DNA of 64,000 nt from positions 21,576,278-21,640,277 of the forward strand of contig CM119265.1 in the NCBI GenBank assembly GCA_051294375.1, read 5' to 3'. Position 1 is the first letter of the stretch, and the number at the start of each line of letters is the position of its first letter. The notes beneath the pieces were generated by a model. That model was given only the letters and a program-made list of their open reading frames with translations, had not been told where the DNA came from and made no database searches. This DNA is from Paraspadella gotoi (lineage: Eukaryota; Animalia; Chaetognatha). The position numbers and the translations under genes are program-made. Positions 35,401 through 47,400 of this stretch are shown piece after piece.

Positions 35401-38400
35401 TAGAAGATGAATACAATTGGGTCGCTCTCCCATTATCCGGGCCTGTGGCGCAACGGTAGCGCGTCTGACTCCAGATCAGAAGGTTGCGTGTTCGAATCAC
35501 GTCGGGCTCATCGTTCTTTTTTTTTTCGTTTTCGTTATTTAATTTTTTTACAAAATAGGTTGTAACCCCCAATTGTAAACAATAATGTTCCAAAAATATC
35601 GCTAAACCGTAGCCTATCGTATAATGAGTGCAAAAGAGGTTACTGCCCGTTTCAACGGGGACCTTTTGGCGTGTTAGGCAGATTGTGATAACCACTACAC
35701 CACAGACCCTTTCTTGAAGGTTATATTGGATTTCAGTTATTAATAAATTTATTCATATTTCACGAGCAGGAATGTAATTTAAATTCTAAATTTTAATGAT
35801 TATGTACATATATTATATTAATTATATTTAAAAACATCGTTTTATTTTCTTTTTTAACGTCACATTTAAAGAGAACCAAATCAATTAAAACGTAAATTCA
35901 ATAGTTTTCCAATGGGAGGCAGGTTGGCAAGCCGCGAGGGGAGGCGGACGGGCCGGTTAAGCCTCAGCTGCGTTAGAAGCGTGTTGGCTCTAATAAACGC
36001 ACAAGGTCGCGGGTTCGATCCCCACACTGGCCATCACTTTTTTCCAAAGCGGAATATCTTTTAAAAAAACCTGTTCAAAAGTCAATGATAGCATATTTAT
36101 TGTTATTGTATGCACGACAATTTTATATTGCGTTGAATAATTTTCATAGCAATAAATTGGCTTAAAAACATTTGATTTGTAAGTTTTATACCTAACAATC
36201 ATTTATATCATTTTTATATTACTAGATATGCTAGAATGTAAAGCTTGAACCTCGTTGATTTCTACCCCCATGTCAGGGTCGGCGAGGGATTAGCTCCAAA
36301 TGCGTTAGAGCGCTCGCTTTAGCATGCTGAGAAGTACCGCGGATCGATACCCCCGGATCCTCCCATATTTTTGTAAGGTTTTGAAAAAGGGGTGTTTTTC
36401 TAATTTTTACAAATGTATAAATGTACAAATGTATAAATGTATAAAACAGGAACGACTGAACAAATTTTAAAAGCAAAAATAGATTTGGAATCAGCATGAT
36501 GTCTGCTTTTAATCCCATTATATTTTTCAAATATTAGTTTTTAAGACTATAATATATTTTTATAATTTTTAGAAAATATTTTTGGTATTAAAAATAAATT
36601 AAAAAAATATAATTGGTATAATTTTGTATAAACGGGAATTAATTACCTTGAATGGCAACAGACGGGTTGCCTGTGATGGCCCATTGGGATTGGGCATCTC
36701 ACTATTGACTTTGGGGCTTCTGACCCTCAGTGACGTATCCAGTCCCTGGCGCGGTTACCCTAGGACGGTCTCGCTTTACCAACGCAGAGGGAACTCGTTA
36801 GGACACATTATGTAGCCCCGTTTTTGAGTATTTACGAGCAAAAAATGAATTAACTTGCTTCATTATTACCCACGCTAGGGCAAATAAAAATATTTTGGGT
36901 GCTGAGCGTTATTTTTTTTAATTTTTAAAAATCCGTCCAATTGGGAACAAAACTAACGTTACTACATCCATTACTCATAGATGAGCTGATTCCACCTCCA
37001 GTTTTTCGAGTAAAGGTAAAGGTAGCTGTATAAGAATGGTTAAGTTTTGTTTATTTTAATATATAAAAACAATTTTTTTAATAATTTTCAAAAGAGAGCC
37101 CGGTAAATTAGTTATTTTCGTATCAATATCGAGTCCTCGTAGTAATAGTGGTGAGTATCCTCGGCGTGTTCACGCGAGAGACCGGGTGTTCGATTCCCGC
37201 CGGGGAGTAAGCGAATATTTCTTTTTAACTTTTAAAATATTAATATCGAAAATGTATATACCAGAATATTATCTATTCTTGATGATAATAACATAATTGT
37301 TATTTGCTCANNNNNNNNNNNNNNNNNNNNNNNNNGGATACTCACCACTATACTACCGAGGACTCGATATTGATACGAAAATAACTAATTTACGGCTCTT
37401 TTGAAAATTTCTAAAAAAATTGTTTTTATATTAAAATAAAACAAAACTTAACCATTCTTATACAGCTACCTTTACCTTTACTCGAAAAACTGGAGGTGGA
37501 ATCAGCTCATCTATGAGTAATGGATGTAGTAACGTTAGTTTTGTTCCCCATTGGACGGATTTTTAAAAATAACGCTCAAGCACCCTAAAATATTTTTATT
37601 TGCCCGAGCGCGGGTAATAATGAAGCAAGTTAATTCATTTTTGCTACGATAAATACTCAAAAACGGGGCTACATAATGTGTCCTACACGAGTCCCTCTGC
37701 GTTGGTAAAGCGAGACCGTCTTGGTAACCGGGATACGTCACTGAGGGTCAGAAGCCCCCAAAGTCAATAGTGAGATGCCCAATCCCAATGAGCATCACAG
37801 GCAACCCGTCTGTTGCCATTCAAGGTAATTAATTCCCGTTTATACAAAATTATACCAAATTATATTTTTTTAATTTATTTTTTAATACCAAAAATATTTT
37901 CTAAAAAATTATAAAAATATATTATAAGACTTAAAACTAATATTTGAAAAATATAATGGGATTAAAAGCAGACATTCATGCTGATTCCCAAATCTATTTT
38001 TGCTTTTAAAAATTTGTCAGTCGTTCCTGTTTTATACATTTATACATTTGTACATTTATGACATTTGTAAAAATTAGAAAACACCCTGTTTTCAAACCTT
38101 ACAAAACACTGGGAGGATCCGGGTATCGATCCGCGTACTTCTCAGCATGCTAAGCGAGCGCTCTAACGCCATTTGAGCTAATCCCCCTCGCCGACCCTGA
38201 CATGGGGGTAGAAATCAACGATGTTTCCAGCTTTGATATAAAAATGTATTGCATTTTAGGTATAAAAACTTACAAATCAAATGTTTTTAAGCCAATTTAT
38301 TGCATGAAAATTATTCAACCAATATAAAATTGTCCGTGCATACAATAAACAATAAATATGCTACTTTGCCTTTGACTTTGAACAGGTTTTTTATAAAAGA

Positions 38401-41400
38401 TATTCCCTTTGGAAAAAAGTGATGCCAGTGTGGGGATCGAACCCGCGACCTTGTTCGTTAATTAGGCAACACGCTTCTAACCAGCTGAGCTAACCGGCCG
38501 TCCTGCCTCCCCTCCGGCTTGCCTACCTGCCTCCCATTGGAAAACTATTGAATTTACCGTTTTAATTGATTTGTTCTCTTTAAATGTGACGTTAAAAAAA
38601 GAAATAAAACGATGTTTTTATAATAATAATTAATATGTACATAATCATTAAAATTTAGAATTTAATTACCATTCCTCTCGGTGAAATATGAATAAATTTA
38701 TTAATAGCTGAATCAATTACACCTTCAGAAAGGTGCTGTGGTGTAGTGGTTATCACATCTGCCTAACACGCAGAAGGTCCCCGGTTCGAAACCGGGCAGT
38801 ACCTCTTTTGCACTTCTTATACGAGAGGCTACGGTTTAGGAATTTTTGGAACATTATTGTTTACAATTGGGGGTTACGATGATAATTTTTTTTTCTGAAC
38901 ATTTGAAAATAAAGTGTTTAAAACCAAATGAGAGAAAATAATACAAAAACCAAATGAAAAATTACGCAGTTGACAGGATTCGAACCTGTGCACGGAGACC
39001 GTAACTGATTTCTAGTCAGTCGCCTTAACCACTCGGCCACAACTGCAGATGACAAATATCTTCAAACAAAAAAGTGAATTGCCAATTTGGGTATTTATTT
39101 AGGACCAGAGAAGAAAAGAAAGGAGTTTGCCACGATTGTGAATCTCAATGTGTTTTTTACATACAGTAGCATTGACTGCGGCGCCATGGCTTAGTTGGTT
39201 AAAGCGCCTGTCTAGTAAACAGGAGATCCCGAGTTCGAATCTCGGTGGTGCCTTTTCCTTTTTTAATACAGCTCCTATTTGGTAAAATTATCGAATATAT
39301 ATTGTATTGTTTTGTTTTGTTTTTTGTTAGACTTGGTTCTTTGCCTTTGGGCTCTGGCACTCTCTGAGGTGGTTGGAGGCCGTTGGAATTCTCTTCCATC
39401 TTCGCCGTTTCGTCTCACGTTTTTTTTTTTATTTTGAAAAGTTTGAAAAGTTTCTTTTTCTGAGAAGGTTGCGTTTTATATTGTTTTATATTATATTTTA
39501 TATTGAGTCGGGCAATCACCATTTTGTGGCGACTCTCAAATGATTATTTTTTTGCAAAAATAAGAAGATGTTTTCGCGATCAAATATTTACATCTACTGG
39601 TTCAAAAACCATGGCAAACAGAAAAAGTGAAAATCATAACAAAGTAAAATATAACAATAATAAAAATAACAGAATTAGCGTTGGTAACGCTCAACAGTAA
39701 ATAAATGGTTACGTGGGTGAGGAACTTTCCTCCACTAAATGGTTGAGTGGTGAGTGGTAAGGTCACCGTCGTCGACTTTGTCGTCGTCTTTGTCGTCGTC
39801 TTCGTCATTTGAGTTACTACATCATATATAATAGTTTCTACTACAGAGCGTAAAAAGTGGAGAATTTCGACCTTTTTTTCCATTTTTGATGCTGAAGACA
39901 TTAAATTTTTTAATAACATATTTTATATTTTTGATCCAACTTTTATGAAAAATCAGAATCTTTAATAAATTTTTTTAAAAAATATTATATATTATGATAC
40001 TTTCTTTTTTTGTTTATATATTTAGTACTATAGTGAGAAGGTTTTAAATATAACGTTCAGCCCGCGAGTAGCGACTTCCGGCGGAGGAAAATCCAACGAC
40101 GACATCGTCTACGAGCTGGCAGACTCCATTTTAGCCAAGTTGTTGGGTTAGTCGTCTAATTCAGGGATTTTATCGCGAGATATTATTCGATCCTTTTCTC
40201 CACTCTCACACTGAAAAATAATATTCCTCTCGCAGATAATCTGGATATAGATCAGCGCCAGCGACACATTCGCTCTCGACCAAAGGGGAGGCTCAACTCT
40301 CTCACGACAGTTGTTGACCCAAGAAGTAGAACGATATAACAACTCTTGACCCTGGATTAAGGTGGGGTCGCTTTTTTTTTCTTTGTCGCGGCTGCGGATT
40401 CCTTTACTGAAAATTTTGTTTTCTCGTTACCAGCGTCATATGAGAAATCTGCAGAAAAGCTATCCAAAGGATTCATTGTAATGTCGAGAAGTTTGAAGCT
40501 ATTTACAACGCATTCCTTAATGGACAGGTAAAAAATAAAGACCAAGATAATGTCTAGAAACTAACCCATCCCTCCGTCCCCATCAAGGTGCCCGGTCAGT
40601 GGGAAAGGCGGCGTACCCTCGCTTAAGCCTTTGGGTCCTTGGATCAGTGACCTGTGATTCGTTGCGAGTTCACCCGCGACTGGAATCCTTCACGGTCCGC
40701 CGAGGTCCTTCTGGATCAGCGGGTTCTTCTTCCGCAAGGTATCGTCGGTCAATCCATATTACCGTGTCAAATAATAGTATCATGGTTCAGTCGACATACC
40801 TGCCGGTCCTACCCTCCTGACCCAACCCCAACTCAGGCTTTTTGACGGCGTGCTCCAGAACCACGCCCGCAATACGACCTCCCCATCGACGACTCAACTT
40901 TCACTTTTGCCGTCGTCGACGTCTTCCGCGACCAGGCCGAAGTCATAGCAGACAAGCCACTCAAGTTTGGCGAAATTCTTCGCAAGACAAAGTGGTGGGT
41001 TGGATAGCTGCTTAATTGGTTTATTTTTCTTTGTCTTTTCTTTTTTACGCTTTGCTCCTCTATCCTCTCTTCTATTTTCTTCTCTGGTTGACCTTTATTT
41101 CTTTTATTTTCAGCTGCCAAAAAAGGAAGACGTGCACTAATTCATGGTATTTTCATGGACGCCATGAGCTGGGACTTGCAAGCCGGCAAATCACAGATGC
41201 TAGATCCGGTGAGATGAACTTCGGCTGCCGTCGTCCATATGCTGCCCGAGCGAAACTGCGTGCCGTATCCAAGGACTACACGGCGCCTCTCTACAAAGAG
41301 GGATCGAGAGCCGGAACGCTTTCGACCACGGGTACGAGACGATCTAGATTTGTGCAACTGTTCTTTTGTTATGCCCTCGAATAAATTCATCCGAGGACCG

Positions 41401-44400
41401 AATGCTCCATCTTCCTTTGATTTGAACTTTAAACAGACGAGATAGAATCTGTGACGCCACGAGATTTGCCGTTCTTAACTCAGCGCATCTGTTCCAAGAG
41501 TCCAGGTCGTTTTTATTTTTTCTTTCATTGAAATACCTCACCTCATGAATTGTCAATCTGCGGACGCAATGAGAAAACTCTCTTTCGTGTCTGAGATCGA
41601 CCTTTGTCCTTTCAAAAGAAATGAGATTTGGAGGTCGAAACAGAGTCGCCTTCGAGTCACTCGAACCTTTTTGTTCTCACTCTTTTCGCTTGCTCTTCTA
41701 ATCTAATTCTATTCTCTTCTAATCTAATAAAATGGGAGACAATCTGACTCACGCTCTCTTTGTCTACTTCTATTTCTCTCGCTCCCTCTCTTTCCCTCCC
41801 CTCTTCCCCCCCCCCCCCCGTCTCATTTGTCAATGCAACTACTTTGATTAGTAATTACTACTTCTTTCACAGGTCATTCGACGACTTCGTGGCGGCATCA
41901 CGGATACCCTGTCACCGCGTCCCGATTACTGGATCGCTATGGGAGCAGCCTTACTCTGTCAACTCACGGATTAATTCTCACATCCGGTCGAGATCAGAAC
42001 CCGTTTTTTTAACAGAACCCAACGTCTAAGTTAATGTAAGGTTCTTAATCAGAGTCGAGACGTGTCTGCTCAAACGCCGATTATTTTTTCTTGTCTCCCC
42101 GATATGTTTTTAAGTTATTTGAAGTGAGATAAGAATGAGTAGTGTTAGACTTAGAATTAGAATTCGAGAATCAGTGTCTTGAATACATTTGATTCCTTTT
42201 TTAAGTGTTGTCCTGACGAATCTGAGATGAAAGCATTTCCGTGTAATATGTGGCACCTACGATTTATATCCTCCCCTCTTAAATATGACAATTCTTACGT
42301 TCGTCGAATTGTTGTTGACTTTTACCGCGAATTTCTGGAGAGCGAAGGGAGTAAGATAGCGCGGTCCCGAAACGAGTGTCTCTAATCCCCGGTTTTTAGT
42401 TTATTATCTCTCGCCCGTTGTGTCTTTGCCGGATGTCCGATAGTTTACTCACTCACCGAATACAGCGTTGTTTTTGCCATTTCACTACCGATGTAGTCGC
42501 CGTCGCTTCGGCCGTTTAAATCTATAAACAATTTCATGTCAAAAATTCGCCGCCTGGATTTTTTATACTAACCGTTTAACTGTGATGATGCTAATCGAAG
42601 ACTGTATAGTCGATATATATCTTGACTTTTATATACATTCTAGTCAGAACTAATCTGAAAATCACGGATGTTTCATCCTTAAACTAACCATTTTTTTTTA
42701 CAAGAATAAAAGTTTTGATCACAAATCAAGTGTTATTTCTATTTGTTAAAAAATTAGTTATTTATGAAGATAGCTTATGGACATTTGTTTGTGACTTAAA
42801 AAAGAAGAGAAATCTAAACACTTCGTCTATCTTTAATCATGTTTATTCTTTATTCTCGCCTCTGTTCTGGCTGAGAGTTATGCAGATGACTACTGAAACA
42901 TGCTACTCCTTTCCTTCAAACTTTGGAAGCAGTTTTTAATTAATATAGAAAAGGTTAGTGCCTGCTAAGAGGGCAGGTTTATTTTTTAGACAAGAAAACT
43001 AAATAGAATCAGCTTATTTACAGCGGTTCCACATAAATCAAAAAAGTTTTTTTTTTTCTTTGTCATCTCAAACTGAAAATCGAATTATATATTCTTTCCG
43101 CCGATGATCCTTTCAAAACATTCATTCTGTTTACTTTCCTATAACCAAATAATTCTAGTCTTCGAAACAACTTTTGCCTCCACTCTCGATTCCATTTCGG
43201 ATTTTACAAAACTCCAATTCCCGCATTTCCAACTTTTTAGAATCCTTGATATTTTTTTTTTTCTCGGAATTAAATCGCGCGTTTCTAATTTCGTCGATGG
43301 GAAACGGACGTTCGCGAAAAAAAGCAAAGCGTCCGCCCCGGAGACGAGTTCAGTTAGCGTGGCTGACGTCGGCACGGACAAAAAGAAAAAACAAACAAAC
43401 GCTGAGTGAATTTCCGAAAGAAAAAACTTTATTTCCGTGTTTCGCAATATTTAGGTAAGGTGGACGTTAAAAGTCAGAAGTGTCAAGTTGTTTTTTTTCG
43501 TTCATTATAATTTGCTATACGAAGTTTTTATTATAAATATTAGTTCTCTTCTGTTTTTTCTCTCTCTTTATTGAGCCATTTTTAAAAAAAATACATTAAC
43601 CTCTACAATGTAAACATTTTCTTCACATTTCCCATCCCGACTTTTTCTTTCTTCCTCTTCCCTTCTTTCTTTCCTCCTTTTTCTCTCAGATATGAACGGT
43701 AACGGAAGTCTGGAACGCGAGGATTTCGATCTGCAAAAACCGTTGTCGCTGAATTTGTGGAAACCGGATAGCGAGGCGTGGACGGCGGCCGAGGAGATCC
43801 GTTCGAGGTTGAGCAGTGCTTCCTTTTCAATCTTACTCTTCCTCCATTTCTCTCATCATCTCTGTCTCGTTTGATTCAGAATCTCTGGCGCTTCTGATCG
43901 TGAATGCGGAGATAAGAATCGCGACGGAAAAAAATCACCGTGGATGAAATGGGTAATCGTTCGGCACAAATAAAATAAATAGCGTTAATATAAATAACTT
44001 AAGAAGAATTGATTTGTCTTTTTATCATTAAATTTGAGCCGCGCATGATATAAAAAAAATAAGAAATCAATCAAGTTCTTCATTTTTAAAATCAACCACT
44101 CCTCTTCTCCCCAATCACAAAGCTCAAGGATGTGGGAAAAAGGCTTCGGTCAAGATTTCCATACGGCAGCTCTATAAGATGGAGCCGAAAAGACGCGGGC
44201 GACCCTGACGCCGATCAGGAGGCCACACCCAAAACCGCACAAATCTTTTTTCAACTTGGTCTTCGTCGTTCGTCATCGTCGCCGTTGAAAAGTCTTCCGT
44301 GGATGGAAATAGTTTATCGAATACAAATTCAATCTCTTTGACCGAACGAGTAAATTATATGGGGATTATCAATTTTGCATCACTGTGTTGGCGATTTAAA

Positions 44401-47400
44401 TTGACAAGTCTTTAAAATCATTTGGCAATTTGTCATTATTAATGTTAATACTTAAGGAAACGGATTCATCGCATGAAAGAGAATTTGAATTTCGTTTCGT
44501 CGATATTTTGAGTTCCGGCGCGGACGCGAAGAAGGTAAATAAGACCATTTTGTAACCAGTAACAAATTTTTCGTTGACTAAGAGTCGTTAAGGAGACTTT
44601 TCTTACACTAAGTAAAGGATCGTTTGAATTTATACTTTTGAGATTTAACTACTTTAAATTATATGTGTAGTGGCATTGCCTAGGTTCACCCCCGCCTATA
44701 AGCATGACTCTTTCAATGGTGACCAAATTATCACCAAATTATGATGACCAAACCCAAAACTTAATTTTTTTTTTCCAATTCACATTCAAAAAATCTTCTT
44801 TTGTCGCTTGAGTAGACATCCAAAGTTGCGTCAGGAATGAGTAAAAGTTGACACAAGCAAAAACTCATTGCGTTTGTTTGGAGACGAGCAGAAATTCAAA
44901 AAGACACAAAGTTTAATGCTAAGATTAGCAACATTAAGTCTTTAACGATTTGTTTTTCTTCTTTTATACGGAAAGCTAGTGTTGACAAAGCGCCGCACCC
45001 ACCGTTAAAAAAAAAATCCCTTTGAACTAGTCAAACGTATATTCTTAGCTCTCGGCTGTCCATCATTGGTTCATTTTCTTTTTTTCTACAATTCTGTCGA
45101 TATAGACACAAATATTCTTACTCGCGGTGATAACTAACATCACCCAATAGCCAAAATAGTTTCCATTTACATGCAACAAAAAAATTTATTTTCAAAGTAA
45201 AAGGAGGTATAATAGCAAGAATCGGTTTTTAAGTTGGTTTTTCCCTAGGGCACATAATATCGGCTCGTCCCGATGTACCATAACTAAATTGCCAATCCCT
45301 CTCCCCACCAAAATGCCAGGCTTTTCTTCTCATGACCAAAACGAGAAAATCGGATGAATTTCCTCTACTTCAAAAGCACTTTTGCTCGAATTCTACTTTC
45401 AGACGACGGAGCGGGAAGCCTCGGAATTTTGTCCACAGGAAAACTCCAGTTTTGACGAAGAAGTTTAAATAACTCCTGTGCATCGCGTGGTCTCTTCTCC
45501 CCGAGCAAGATTCCTTTGTTTTCTTCAAAATGCTTTTTCATCCAAATTATTTGTTTAAATTCGTGCTTCATTATCGAAATTTATAAAAAACTTTATTTTT
45601 GTTTTAAATTTATGGGTATACATAAATATCGCTCTTTGAAAACCAAAAAAGTTAGATTTTAATTTTCGAATCTATTAAATCTTCTCACGCTTCACGAAAT
45701 TTGATTTGGGGCTGCTTCGCTGTTTTTCTTGTTATTTATGCAGTTTTTATTTTTGTTCTATTTTGTACAATGTCTTTCAATTGATGTCTTTTGCTTGAGT
45801 TTATCGTAATTTAAAAAACAGTTACAAAATTGGTGTTTTTTTTACTTCGTGTAATGTACATATTAGTTGACAAGTTTAGGAATAGGACAAATTGATCGGG
45901 AAAAAAAAGTTCTAGTTTTATTTTTTCCTCGTTAAGTCAGACGTTTGCCATCCAGGAAAACAGGACTTGTCAGAGACTGATGTTCGATCCTCGGTACGTT
46001 GTCGAGGTCAACATTGTTGTCGCACCAATTCGGCCATACGACGTGAAACCGGCGATTCGCGTGCTCTTTTGTCCGCCCGAAGTCGAACGCCTTTTTGTTT
46101 CTTTTTCGAGTTTCCGGTTTTACGGCGGCTAAATCGGGGGATTCCGATTCGATCGTTTTTTCGCGCAATTGGCGGCGGACGTTTGGTTACGAAAAAGAAA
46201 CGCCGCCCTGGAGGAAAGAAAAAATATAATTTGGGGACGTTATATTTAACTCCGGCGTTGTTTTTAAAACAGTTTTAAACAATTTGAATAAACCAAAATG
46301 TAAAAAGCGAACATCACATTGAGGTCTTTGTTTCTTTAATTAAATAAAAAAAAGATAAGCCCTTTTGAACGATTTATCAATTCGACATTACATCCATTTC
46401 AATAATCTAAAAAAAATTGTGTTATTCAGTCCACCCAACACAATACCAAACCTTAGCGAGAGGAATGCCCCCGACGGTCGCAAATGACCACATTGACGCC
46501 CGACCTCGAAAAATTTCTATGAACGGAGGAGACTGCAGGAAGCCCAAGTAGAGGCCAGGTCTGTCGCCCACGTCGCCCAACAGTCGCCGAAGTTCGTAGG
46601 CCTCTCCTTCTTCGTCTCCTCGTAGTTGAGATCCTTCGAAGAAGATGTTCACCTTTGGCAGGAGAAAGAAGGAAACTAGAAACCACCAATCAAACAATCA
46701 ATCGATTACAAACCAAAACTAAACAAACCAAATCAAAACAATCAATCGATTAAACCAAACTAGGAAACAAACCAATCAACAATCCAATCGATTAAAGCCA
46801 AAACTAAACAATTTAAATAATTACATCATAAATATTAATCAATGTAAATGAAATCAAAATCTATCAATTATTAATCAATCAAATCAAACCGGTCAAAAAC
46901 AATTATTCCAATCAAAAGAAGGAACCTAACGAGATTCTCCTTAATCTTATGATTGTCCATCGAGTGGCGCCTCGGGTGGGGCGTGGTTCTCTCTCTGTCT
47001 CCAGGCGGTCGCTGCGGCGCCGTCCAGGAGACCCTCCGCTGCCCCGCGGACTTCCGTCGCTGGGTGTCTCCGGGAGGGTGTTGCTGACGGAGCGAGAGGT
47101 AAAGAGACGTTGGGGAAGTTTTAAGGCCGACGATAACGGAAGGCTCGATGCCGGGTTTTTGACGAGGAGTTGGAATCGTCTCTCTTCATCAAAAAGACGA
47201 AGAAGAGGAGTTTCGCTCCGACCACGATCGAATCCTGCAGGAAGGAGACGAATCCCTCTTTCGATAATTCGTTCGCGAAACCTCCTCCCTTCCTCCTCTT
47301 CCTCTTCCTCCTCCTCCTCACTTTCTCGACCTCAAAAATCCCCAAAATTCGCCGCTGGAAGCATCGAGGCGGAGCCGCTGGAGGGAAGATATAGGATACT

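Larger units (their letters stand above)
35562..38877. repeat. Inverted duplication: 35562-37160 mirrored by 37336-38877 around a 25-N gap (37311-37335)
   Basis: Same tRNAs and spacers in reverse complement, differing mostly by 1-nt indels. Confidence 0.95.

Noticed and set aside
36653-36825. Assignment as SRP, U1, U3 or RNase MRP RNA
   Set aside because: Lacks SRP helix 8, Sm site, U3 boxes and MRP conserved regions; kept only as an unassigned candidate.
42212-42240. CTGACGA...GAAA hammerhead-like string
   Set aside because: Stem II is not supported in the mirror copy and no stem I/III forms.
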